Assembly: GCA_965235115.1 (NCBI GenBank) | Contig: OZ249436.1 | Location: forward strand, 31,188,001-31,252,000 | Direction: 5' to 3' | Length of the DNA: 64,000 nucleotides | Source of the DNA: Laetmonice hystrix | Lineage: Eukaryota | In this document: in pieces, positions 39,530-51,417 of the stretch | Layout of the letters: every line of letters begins with the position of its first letter | Numbering within the stretch: the stretch's first letter is position 1 | The notes under the pieces: model-generated | Told to the model about the DNA's origin: nothing | The model's input: only the letters and a program-made list of their open reading frames with translations | Database searches by the model: none | Program-made: the position numbers and the translations under genes

Positions 39530-40567
39530 GAGAGGATTACGGAAGTTGGCGGAAGGTTAGTTTTGTTCAGGTCTCACGTGCCAATACTCGCATCGAAACA
39601 GTACGTACAGTGTATCTGAGCGGCGGTGGTAGTGGGAGGGGTTGTCACACCATCCTGATATCTCTATATTATACAGGTGGTATTCTTTGCGAAGATTCCA
39701 TTCCAAACGAACTATTCTTTAACACTCTCCATTTCCACCAGGGGTCTCAAAACTTCCAATCAAGTGGGCCAAAATATAACCGTCGATTTTTATAATGGAT
39801 AAAGGGAGACGTCTGTCTTGGATTCGAAGATAAAAGAAATGTGCCGAAGATTATTGATCGCTAGTACATTTATTTTATTTTAGTAAGGTAATGTTAAATT
39901 CATATTATAATAGTTCACCTGGAAAAGAATGTTATTTCAAATCCATCATCAGTTTTGATCTAGCTTTCTTTGCTTCAATTTTTTGATGGTTCGATGAGAG
40001 AAACCGTGCATACATACCCATTTAGCTACTCTCCGCCACTGCTTCCTCCCCCTTAATTAACTTTTCTCTTGTAATGGTTCGATAAGCGTGGGCTCATCTT
40101 CCGTGTAGGGAAGGTTGCCAGCTAAAAGGTTGCTGGCGACATTCGAGAGAAGCTTTTTCGGTGTCGCCAAAACCCCCCAGGCTTCGGTACATGGTAGGAT
40201 GTCACGGATGTACTGGGTAGGCCTTGCTTCGGGATCTACAGCATCACGATGGTGAATTATGATTTTATAGGTTAAGATATCGTGGGAGGAAATTGTGTAA
40301 GTTTCACAGGAGCGTGTGTTCAGGGTTAAAGTACGAATATGCATGGTCCCTCAGGGTATAATTACTTTCATCTATATGAACAAAGAAAATGATCCTGAAA
40401 CGAAATTTGTCTTGAGGATTGAAATAACTCTTTGACCTCCTAATCTTCAAATACTGCCTCGGGGTTCTTAGTAAGGAAATGAACAGAACTTGATCAGCTT
40501 TTGTTATCAGAGATTTTGATAAACTATGATATAACGAGGGACCTTTTGCTTTTTAATTCGCATCATT

Positions 40568-41100
40568 GCTCTCTCTGTTTGTCTGATGCTCTCTGTCTCC
40601 CCGCCTCTCTCTCTGTCTCTCTCTGTGTCTCTGTCTCTCTCTCTTTCTGTCTCTCTCTCCCCTGCCTCTCTGTCTCTCTCTCTGTGTCTCTCTCTCCCCC
40701 TCTCTCTCCCTCTCTCTATCTCTGTATCTCTCTCTGTCTCTTTCTGCCCTCGCCCCTCTCTCTGTCTCTGTCTCTCTCTCCCCTGTCTCTCTCTCCCCCT
40801 CTCCCTGCCTCTTATCTCTCCCCCTGCCTCTTATCTCCCTCCCTGCCTCTTATCTCCCTCCTCCCTCTTATCTCCCTTTCTCCCTCCCTCTTATCTCCCT
40901 CCCTCCCTCTTATCTCCCTCCATCCCTCTTATCTCCCTCCCTCCCTTCCCTCCCTTCCTCCCTCCCTTCCCTCCCTTCCTCCCTCCCTTCCCTCCCTTCC
41001 TCCCTCCCTCCCTCCCTCCCTCCCTCCCTCCCTCCCTCCCTCCCTCCCTCCCTCCCTCCCTCCCTCCCTCCCTCCCTCCCTCCCTCCCTCCCTCCCTCTT
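40568..41100. repeat. Polypyrimidine microsatellite grading (CT/CTGT)n > (ctcttatctccctcc)n > (CCCT)n
   Basis: Directly visible; source of the Ser/Leu/Pro and Gly/Arg/Glu pseudo-ORFs. Confidence 0.95.
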
Positions 41101-41724
41101 ACTCTTAGATACGCGTGAACAGGATGTAGACGAATTTTGAAAGATACCGACTGTTCTGGATTGACGACCGACGCCCACGCCCGGCCGTCATAAAGATCGA
41201 CCGTCACCTTGGACCATTTGAAGGTCATCTCCTGCTCAATCAGACAATTAGCAGTTTCGATAACGTCGCCCGACGTAATCTGGCAACGTCGAGATTATGG
41301 AAGACATAGCACGAGGAAGAATTATTTTGAAACAAATTTATACCCTGCAGCTGACAATTGATCATAACAGCGTAAAGCTAAGATTCCGGCATACGCCGTA
41401 CGGCATACGGCAAAAATCGAAATGGCCAAATTTAAGTGAGACAGATTCCATAATTACGGTACGACGACTGAACGGCATACGGCGTACGGAATGGGGATCG
41501 CTCCATGTAGCGATTTTCGCCGTATCCGTAGACCCGTCTATGCTTTCCGTAAGGGGAATCCTCAATAATTACGTCACTAATCGCGTCTTCCCTGGGGTCT
41601 TTCCCGACCTCTGCACGCTACACAAAGGCAAAGGGAAGTTTTGCCGCGCGAGAACAGTATTGATGGAATCATGCATTCCGTATGCTCTTTACATACGCCG
41701 ATGCCGTGGCCATAGAGCCGTAAC

Positions 41725-41938
41725 CAGTGGCGTATCCAGAATTTTTTTAAGGGGGCTTTCCAAAGTTTAGGTACTTCAGAGATGGCCATTAGGCCATGCT
41801 CCTCTAGGAAATTTAACAAAAAGGCATCAAATAATGCAATTTCAGGATTTTTACCAAAAATGTCCTTAACATAGTAATTTTTTAAGGGGGGGGGGTTCCG
41901 GGATACTTGGACCCCCCCCCCCCCTGGATACGCCACTG
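41725..41938. mobile_element. MITE with CAGTGGCGTATCCAG TIRs and 5-bp TSD
   Basis: Perfect 15-bp TIRs; GTAAC at 41720-41724 and 41939-41943. Confidence 0.93.
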
Positions 41939-44709
41939 GTAACGCATTTATGGAATCTCAGCTTTATGGCACTGGAGCCTGCATGCATTTCTATACTACG
42001 ATGTCTTATAATGGTAGAAGAGTTCAAGGGCTTGGTGATCGGTTTACTTCCGAGAAAAGGTAGCGTAACACAACGAAATCTTATTTTAGATGAGAATAAT
42101 CAGGTAATAAGTCAAAACAATATGGTAGGATACTAGAGGCGCCTTTAAATTCGTCAACTTAAATGTGCGTCGGTCCGCTTCTCCATGACAGGCGATTTTT
42201 TCTAGTTACTAGTGGATATATAATATGTAGAAATCTTAGATATCTGTGCTGGATTCTGAACCCACGCCCTGGTCATGTTCTGATCCCCAAAACATCCTGC
42301 GTGCTGGGCGTTCACTCAATCCTTTAAGACCTTCTCAGGGGAATGCTCTCAGCTCTGAAGCTTCTACGCTTTAATCAGAATTTTCTGAACCCTAAACTTC
42401 CTAAATCCTTTGCATGTCTAAACCTATGCATTGTCTGAGCTCTCCTGAAAGTTACCCTAAAGTTACATCTTGGGCATTTTATGAACACTGAACGTCAACC
42501 CCTAAAGGAATGAAAAGTATGTTTGATCTTTTAGGTTTTTCACCATTCCTTAGCTTAGCCTTTGTTTTAACCAATTTTCTGAAAATCATGTGGAGTTTTT
42601 TGAGCAAAGACCAGAGGTGCACTGTAGGAAACAAGTCAGGCATTGCGCGGGTATGGCACTGTCCTAGCCGCCATATTTGTTGATCTGCTCAATGTCAATA
42701 ATGTGTTAATTAACGATACTACATATTTATCGATACTATCGTTAATTAGCGCTAGATCAGTTAGCGAACACTTCATCCGCACCTTTTGTATCCGCGCTAA
42801 AAAGCTCCATTTAACGCGTCAATTACGCAAAATTTCGCATGTTAACGCCCGCTTTACGACTTATACAACGGTTTAGCGCGTTTTTCGTTCATTAACGCGT
42901 TTGACACCTTAACGAGCGCACAAACTTAGTTATGAAACGGGCCCCAGCGCCCGAGTTGCAGTGTTCAGGCAAGCGGCCTCCTTTGACAAAATATTCAGGA
43001 GCCCCTGTATTTGTTGGTTTATTGATTTTACGTCCATATGAAAAGGAATACAATAATTTTCTCGTATTTAGTCGCGTTGTATCCTAAATACGACCTTGAT
43101 GTCAGCCGAGCGATACACGCCAACGGCGTGTATATAAGTGAGTACCGTACTTATTGTGGGGCCACAGATAAAGGGCCGGGCTATTTATAGACGCGATGAC
43201 AGGGTAAGGTTACTGAAAGGCCATAAATCATATGTGATTTAGGCCAATACAGGGTGTGGCATCATGTCGTAACACAAGTATGAAGTGTGTACCCATTCCC
43301 CTCTACATTCTCTACTGATCCCACATACATATTTATCTTTCATTTACCGTTGATGAGACGTGTTGATTACTCAACAATCAATACGGCTATTTTCAATTAA
43401 GAATCAACTCATTTAGTTCTTCTTCAATTGGGAGTTAGATTTTTTTAATTTACGTGAAAATGTCTTTATAAAAGCATTGAAGGGAATCATCTGAAGAAGA
43501 TTTGTCTATTGAGATTGGAATTCTGAGAGAAGTATGGATGGTAAATGGACAGCTAACGAGCTACGTAACTATGTATAGACGTGATCATAGGTTTTCATGC
43601 ATAAGTGAAATCGTCAATGTAAGCACTCGCCAAAATAAACTGTTCAATACAGCTGAACGAACCCCACATTGATTTCATAAATATTAATATTAAGTCCGGA
43701 TATTCCTCTTACAAATCGCATAGCACGTTTCAGTAGATCGAAGAAATTCTCGTAAACCAACATTAGAAGTACCAGGAAAGGTCGAGGAGTTGGAAGTTTC
43801 TCAAATAACCTCGAGAAAACTTGACGTTATCTGACGTCAGCAGACTCCAATAAATCTGGACACTTCGGCTCGTCGCCTGCCCCTTCCCGTCAGGAGCAGA
43901 GTTATTCCGAGTGACTCTAAAAACGGTTCTCCTCCTCTAACCCGGCCATGGAGACGGTGGAAGTACTTTCTGGTAACTGGGCTTCCATACGACATCCGCC
44001 CCTCCGCCTCGAGTAACCAGTTCTTACAACCTGTAACTGGCCGAGCAGTTGCCGTTCGAGGATATCAGTCCCTCATTGAGTGTCCAAAGCATCAACAGAT
44101 ACGTATTACATACAGCAGTCAGCATGACCCATGCGTTTATTAAATGTTGGCAGGGTCCAAAGATAATCTACGTAGTGATAAAACACAAAAGTCAACCATT
44201 ACAAAGTTGCTGGGTGCATGCAAGACCGGGTATGTATACCTGAGAAGGTAAGGAGTTATAACGTGTGCCGGAAGTAATATCATAGCTTCCGGTGAAGGTA
44301 TTAATGTCAACATCGTGATGTTCCACCCCGTAACGAAGAGGAGTACAGCAGCGTTGAAGGTCAAGTAATTGAAGCGAACGGGTGATATCCCAGATGACAC
44401 CCCCGCACTATTCGGGATGCTTGGGACGGAGCACTTAACGAGAGGACCCAAGGGTCGCAGAACTGGCCGGCCTCAGACTGTATCTCGAGACTGTACAGTG
44501 GTCCACTGTCTAGGGGATAAGTATTCTCGTCTGTGGTCAGAACTAGGCGGCCTCAGACTCGATCCCCAGACATAGTGGTCCACTGTCTGAGAGAAGAATG
44601 TTGTTCTTGCGACGTCCGTATAAGATTTTTGATTTAAAGGTAAAATTCCGCAAAGAAACTTTTTTCCTGGCCGCCCTTCCCTGGTTCTGGAAATGAGTTC
44701 CACGGTGCT

Positions 44710-47000
44710 ATGTCCTTATTCCGCGGGACAGACATATAGTCACATCCTTAGACATAGGAGCGAATAAAGGTTCTATATCCTTAGCCTGTGAACCAGACAG
44801 ACCGTCCTTATAGTCTGTGGCCATACAGCTCGTTCTTAGTGTGTGGACCAGACAGTTCGTTCTTAGTGTGTGGGTCAGACAGCTCGTTCTTAGTCTGTGG
44901 GTCAGACAGCTCGTTCTTAGTCTGTGGACCAGACAGTTCGTTCTTAGTGTGTGGACCAGACAGCTCGTTCTTAGTCTGTGGACCAGACAGTTCGTTCTTA
45001 GTGTGTGGGTCAGACAGCTCGTTCTTAGTCTGTGGGTCAGACAGCTCGTTCTTAGTGTGTGGATGGGACAGCTCGTTCTTAGTCTGTGGGTCAGACAGCT
45101 CGTTCTTAGTCTGTGGGCCAGACAGCTCGTTCTTAGTCTGTGGCCATACAGCTCGTTCTTAGTGTGTGGACCAGACATATAGTCACATCCTTAGACATAG
45201 GAGCGAATAAAGGTCCTATATCCTTAGCCTGTGAACCAGACAGACCGTCCTTATAGTCTGTGGCCATACAGCTCGTTCTTAGTGTGTGGACCAGACAGCT
45301 CGTTCTTAGTCTGTGGGCCAGACAGCTCGTTCTTAGTGTGTGGACCAGACAGCTCGTTCTTAGTGTGTGGACCAGACAGCTCGTTCTTAGTGTGTGGACG
45401 AGACAGCTCGTTCTTAGTGTGTGGACCAGACAGCTCGTTCTTAGTGTGTGGACCAGACAGCTCGTTCTTAGTGTGTGGACGAGACAGCTCGTTCTTAGTG
45501 TGTGGACCAGACAGCTCGTTCTTAGTCTGTGGGCCAGACAGCTCGTTCTTAGTCTGTGGATGAGACAGCTCGTTCTTAGTCTGTGGGTCAGACAGCTCGT
45601 TCTTAGTCTGTGGGCCAGACAGCTCGTTCTTAGTCTGTGGACCAGACAGCTCGTTCTTAGTCTGTGGATGAGACAGCTCGTTCTTAGTCTGTGGGCCAGA
45701 CAGCTCGTTCTTAGTCTGTGGGTCAGACAGCTCGTTCTTAGTGTGTGGACGAGACAGCTCGTTCTTAGTCTGTGGGCCAGACATATAGTCACATCCTTAG
45801 ACATAGGAGCGAATAAACGTCCTATATCCTTAGCCTGTGAACCAGACAGACCGTCCTTATAGTCTGTGGCCATACAGCTTGTTTTTAGTCTGTGGACCAG
45901 ACAGCTCGTTCTTAGTCTGTGGGCCAGACAGCTCGTTCTTAGTCTGTGGGCCAGACAGCTCGTTCTTAGTGTGTGGACCAGACAGCTCGTTCTTAGTCTG
46001 TGGATGGGACAGCTCGTTCTTAGTCTGTGGGTGAGACAGCTCGTTCTTAGTCTGTGGATGAGACAGCTCGTTCTTAGTCTGTGGGTCAGACAGCTCGTTC
46101 TTAGTGTGTGGACGAGACAGCTCGTTCTTAGTCTGTGGACCAGACAGCTCGTTCTTAGTCTGTGGGTCAGACAGCTCGTTCTTAGTCTGTGAGCCATCCA
46201 ACTCGTTCATAGTTTGTGGGCTAGATAGCTCGTCCTTAGTCTGTGGGTGAGACAGCTCGTTTTTAGTCTGTGGGTGAGACAGCTCGTTCTTAGTTTGTGG
46301 GTGAGACAGCTCGTTCTTAGTTTATGGGTGAGACAGCTCGTTCTTAGTCTGTGGGTGAGACAGCTCGTTCTTAGTCTGTGGACCAGACAGCTCGTTCTTA
46401 GTCTATGGACCAGACAGACGGTCCTTGTTCTGTGGGTTTATTCTGTGGGTCAGGCAGACCGTCCTTATTCTGTGGGTCGGGCAGACCGTCCTTATTCTGT
46501 GGGTCGGGCAGACCGTCCTTATTCTGTGGGTCGGGAAGACCGTCCTTGTTCTGTGGGTCAGGCAGACCGTCCTTATTCTGTGGGTCGGGCAGACCGTCCT
46601 TATTCTGTGGGTCAGGCAGACCGTCCTTGTTCTGGGGGTCAGGCAGACCGTCCTTATTCTGTGGGTCGGGCAGACCGTCCTTGTTCTGTTGGTCAGGCAG
46701 ACCGTCCTTGTTCTATGGGTCAGGCAGACCGTCCTTATTCTGTGGGTCAGGCAGACCGTCCTTATTCTGTGGGTCAGGCAGACCGTCCTTATTCTGTGGG
46801 TCAGGCAGACCGTCCTTATTCTGTGGGTCGGGCAGACCGTCCTTATTCTGTGGGTCGGGCAGACCGTCCTTGTTCTGTGGGTCGGGCAGACCGTCCTTGT
46901 TCTGTGGGTCGGGCAGACCGTCCTTATTCTGTGGGTTTATTCTGTGGGTCAGGTAGACCGTCCTTGTTCTGTGGGTTTATCCTGTGGGTCAGGTAGACCC
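44710..47000. repeat. 27-bp satellite with two sub-domains and higher-order blocks
   Basis: Type A tgtgg(gtc/acc/gcc/atg)agacagctcgttcttagt(c/g) to ~46410; type B tgtgggtc(a/g)ggcagaccgtcctt(a/g)ttc thereafter; a diverged ~100-bp block recurs at 44732, 45175 and 45781. Confidence 0.96.
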
Positions 47001-47726
47001 TCCAGTGATGATTTAATTTGTAGCAACAATTCGTCATTCATGATACAGTGCTGAGTTGGCAGATCTGTCATTTTGGACGGTCCGATGTCCTTATTCTGTC
47101 ATCCAGTCGAACGGTCAAACATTCTAGATTTACCATATAACAGAGAGGGGTAATATAACTATGTCTAGTTTATATATTCGCCAGACCAAGCCGGAACAAG
47201 ACTCACAATTTTACTTCCATTATACATGTACAGTATATATTTAATGTCCTGGGGAAGTTTTCCGGCCTTGTCGGCTTGTCGCGATCCAATATTAACTGAG
47301 AGCCGAAGAAAGGTTAAGTTAATGTAATTAACGATTAACAAGATATCGGGTGTCAGTGCGTTTGGATATGAGCCCAGTTCCGTATTAGCTTGGCACAACT
47401 TCTTTGTTTGGTTGCAATGGCTACACAACAATGGGCTCTTGCATGCCTATACAAATTGTACCATACAGAACCCTTTGATACATTATAGTTCCATATTATG
47501 TCTCTGCATAGGCAGCCGGAAGATATTGCAGAGTTGACACTTGTGGAGCAGGTCGACGGATAGTTAGTCAATACTAAATCACAGGATCTAGTTTTATGAC
47601 GTCACCACACCTTTGCTCTACACGATCCTATACCAGGAGGCAATAAAAACACACGTGCCAAATTGCGAAGTATGGAATCAAGTATACGTTCGAGAAATGT
47701 AACTGCCTTTGACTATTGTTCATTAA

Positions 47727-47924
47727 GCCAGGAATGCATGTGTCCGTAATGCGTATTGCGCATTGCGTAGTGTGTAATCGAAACAATGAAAACACACATT
47801 ACGCACTACGCACACATGGAATCACTCAAACTTGTTTTAGTTGATTTTGATGAATACGCATTACACACTACGCAGTACGCAGTACGCATCACGCCCACAG
47901 TATACGTATACATGGATTCCTGGC
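47727..47924. mobile_element. Foldback MITE rich in tacgca motifs
   Basis: gccaggaatgcatgt ... acatggattcctggc inverted termini; internal segment ~47790-47875 recurs inverted at ~47940-48030. Confidence 0.65.
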
Positions 47925-48494
47925 CAGTTAGGAACCATATGTGCGTAGTGCGTAAGGCTTATTCATCAAAATCAATGAAAACAAGTTGGAGTGAGCTAGG
48001 AACCCATGTGTGCGTAGTGCGTAATGCGTAGTATCTTGTGCGGTGCGTATTCACCGCAGCGTAACGGATGGCATGATGTCACCAGGAGGGTTTTCCCTCG
48101 AGGTCCAGATTCTTCTAGATTGAAATTAGTAAGCCTACATGATAAAAACAAAGATATTGTTACGTAACAATATCTTTGATAATAGTTACAAAAGAGACTA
48201 TAAACTGGATAACCCCTTGATTTAATTACTGTGATTACAAATTGGCTGGATTATTTAATAACCTTTTTTCACTTAAAAACATAATTAGTACACACACAGA
48301 CAAAATGGAACCTCTTAGGAGCCCTCTTATAACTTCTCTAGGTCAATAAACAACACGATTTCAAGGTGAGTTCTCCATTGGGACTTGGACGCACCACGCA
48401 TCAGATTTTGGCGGAGACATGAGATCAGTGCACTACGCACTACGCATTACGGACTACGCAATACGCAATAGTGGCACACGGGTTTCGAGCTTTA

Positions 48495-49560
48495 AGCTAG
48501 GCATCCATAGATCCGTATATGCGTATGCGTAATGCGTAAGCGTAATGCGTAATTAAAAGGTCACAATGGATTTCAATTGACATGCATCCATAGATACGTA
48601 GTGCGTATGCGTGAAGCGTAAGGTTTTACGCACTACGCAAGCGATTGCCTCCTGACCCTTTTTTTTACGCATACGCAGGGGGAATTCCATATATATGACG
48701 TAAGAAATGTGGTGTTTTCCCGGAGTGAATGACAGATTGTGGGCCCTGGGAGGAGTCCGAATAGGGCCTATCTAGGCCTAGGCCTACTTCACATCGCAGG
48801 GGCGTAGGAAAAGGGGGGCAGGGGGCCATGGCCCCCACTTTGAAATGAGGGGGCCAGAGTAGATCTATCTTTTGCCCCCCCCCCCCCCACTTTTTCCCTC
48901 CCCTTGACTTTTGCCATTTGAAGTCTATGGAAGTCTATGCAGAAGGAGGGTATTTTCTCACATTTCAGACCTTATTTTGTGCTCTAAGATGCACCAAATT
49001 ACACTATAAATTTCAAAACTTTTCGGGGGGCATGCCCCCGGACTCCCCTAGCATGGCTTCGCGCCTTCGGCGCTCGCCCAGTTCCCCCGCCAAACTGTAA
49101 TCCCCCTGGAATAATTCTGCGCATGGCCCTGTTGGCCCCCCACTTTTAAAGTGCTTCCTACGCCTCTGCATCGTAGAGCCGCGGCCAAGAGTTATTAGGC
49201 CTAGTAGGCCTATAGGCTACTAATATTAGCCCTGCCGCCCCCCCCCCCCCCGTCAGATCTATCGGCCGCATCCTAGGGGTAGGCCTATAGTCAGCCTCGC
49301 ACCCCTCTCAACAAAGATTTCATTTTCGTCCTTTCAACAGATCCATATAGATCTAGGCCTATACTAGGCCTACCTTTTTTTTCCCTGGAAACTGAAATTT
49401 AGATAATTTTGTATAGAAAAATTAGATATACGCGTACGTACCACTATTTTTTTACGCATCTATGGATGCTAGAAATACGCACTACGGACACACCTGCGTG
49501 GATTTCAACTTTACGCATACGCATTACGCATACGCATATACGGACCTATGGATCAGCTGA
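48495..49560. mobile_element. tacgca-motif MITE with ~45-bp TIRs, hosting a nested MITE
   Basis: atccatagatccgtatatgcgtatgcgtaatgcgtaagcgtaa vs ttacgcatacgcattacgcatacgcatatacggacctatggat. Confidence 0.7.
48797..49168. mobile_element. MITE with CAG(G/A)GGCGTAGGAA TIRs and 5-bp TSD
   Basis: caggggcgtaggaa ... ttcctacgcctctg; CATCG at 48792-48796 and 49169-49173. Confidence 0.92.
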
Positions 49561-49830
49561 ACACATGTTCATCTGGGGTGCGTTCCTCATCTATCGTTAT
49601 CCCGTCGTGCGTTAAAATCCCCATTGAAAATACATTGGAGTTAACGATACGACAAGCTAACGACATGACGAGGAACACCCCCCAGATTCATCACAACTAC
49701 GGGTCTGTCCATAGACACTGGTCTATTTCACCCAAACACCAGTGGAAAGTGAGTTCTTGACCTGCACGTGCAGTTCGATCAGGACGACGGGGCCTACGCA
49801 AAGTGTATGATTGGCCCTCTGATGCTACCA

Positions 49831-50095
49831 TTGGCGTTACGACTGACGTTAGCTCAAAGAAATCAAGCTATTGTGATGCTGACCATGGGGAGACAGCAAC
49901 ACAAAGTGCACCCTTCACCAGTATCACGTCCCCTGGAACGTTTCCAAGGCACCGGAACGGTGGAAGATCGGCCACACCCAGGTGCACAAAGAGCAACGAT
50001 TGCGCAAGACAAGACCGCCATATTGTCCGGCGTCATGTTCGAAATCGGTTTCAAATAGCTGAAACAACGGCTGATGACACTATTGGCATGAGGAG
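49831..50095 (+). pseudogene. Tc1-family transposase N-terminal (paired-like HTH) fragment, frameshifted and truncated
   Basis: RLTLAQRNQAIVML...VHPSPVSRPLERFQGTGTVEDRPHPGAQRAT then, after a frameshift, ARQDRHIVRRHVRNRFQIAETTA: classic Tc1 R...TG.V.DRPR.GRPR.T...DR.+.R....RF pattern. Confidence 0.85.
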
Positions 50096-50197
50096 CATTA
50101 AATTTGTCGTTTCTATTCATTTCACAGTGTTGTTTCCTACTATGACAACAATCTTGTTCCTGTCATTTCATTGTTTCGTTATCTCTCAGTATTATAA

Positions 50198-50436
50198 CAG
50201 GCCCTTAATTAATTTCTTAAATTATTGAGGGGGGCTAGACAAACAGAATCTGAGTTTCATGTTTTCTTATTTTTTTACGTTTTCTGAGGTTTCTTATAAA
50301 TAGTGGTTTCTTGTAGCGAAATTGTATTGAGGCGGAATAAAACTTGGTGTATATAAATAGGCTAATTATTATGCACGACTGAAAAGATTGGGGGGCTTAA
50401 GCCCCCTAGCCCCCCCCCTCAGGAATTACGGCCCTG
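50198..50436. mobile_element. MITE with CAGG(G/C)CC(G/T)TAATT TIRs and 5-bp TSD
   Basis: caggcccttaatt ... aattacggccctg; TATAA at 50193-50197 and 50437-50441. Confidence 0.8.
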
Positions 50437-51371
50437 TATAATGTATAGTAGTGCGTACTAAACATGCCGAAGTTCGTATCTCTAATGGCCTTTTATACCA
50501 ACCATGTAGAATTTCCTTTTCATTCTACCGACTCCAATGTAACTCAAGTCTAATTCAGATATTAGTGGGACATAGTTATCTGCCCACCTTATCGGCGCCT
50601 CTATAGAACATTGAATGTCTACAGTCGGTTATTATAGAGCACAACTCTCCTACATATCCTACTCACCATCATATTACGTGACCCGAACAATTTCCTTTGA
50701 AACGGGATACGTTTGACGTACGATGATTACGATGTCAAGGGTTGCGAAGACTTCAGTGTAATCTTCATTGGTATAGGTCTAGCACACACACTAGTGCCCT
50801 TAACATGCCCTCAATAGTCAGATCCCCCCTGACTGGATGTCGGCACCCCCTGACAGAGAGATCCGGGAGTCAGCGACCTATTCTGTTAATATACATCAGA
50901 GGGTCAACAAACATGAAGAATGACCGCCTTTACAACGGTGAGGAGCTACATGCAGGACGTCCTACACCGGTAAGGCTGTATTTGCTGATATTTGCTGGCT
51001 ATATATTTGCAAGCATTTCTCAACCTTTAGGAGGCGGGAATCCTATCTTTAACATGTTGCACAATTACATTGTATAGGGTGCACGTCATGATTGGAGATA
51101 ATCTACGAAACATTTACAATGCATAATATCATATAAAAACCATCACGTAGAAATGCAGCTTCTTTTTTTTAAAAAAGGCGTCCATGCATGTGGCGGGCGT
51201 ATGATAGCAGACCGCTGGTAGGATTTGGTGACGTATGAAATACGTCAAGAATAAAGGAACATGCAGGTGGTCAAATACGGCACTATTCCTATACAAGAGG
51301 CGGGATCTCTCGTATCAAGGGCGCCTATACTCGAAGAGTTTAGCCTTAATCTATGTGATACTGGTGATATC

Positions 51372-51375
<4 letters not shown>

Positions 51376-51414
<39 letters not shown>
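51376..51414. repeat. (GA)n microsatellite
   Basis: About 19 perfect dinucleotide units. Confidence 0.97.

Positions 51415-51417
<3 letters not shown>

Noticed and set aside
40501..41228. Pro/Ser/Leu-rich or RGG-like ORFs
   Set aside because: Translations of microsatellite.
44708..47054. CRISPR-like array or repeat-protein gene in the 27-bp satellite
   Set aside because: No unique spacers and no cas genes; eukaryotic context; ORFs arise in many frames from a unit divisible by three.
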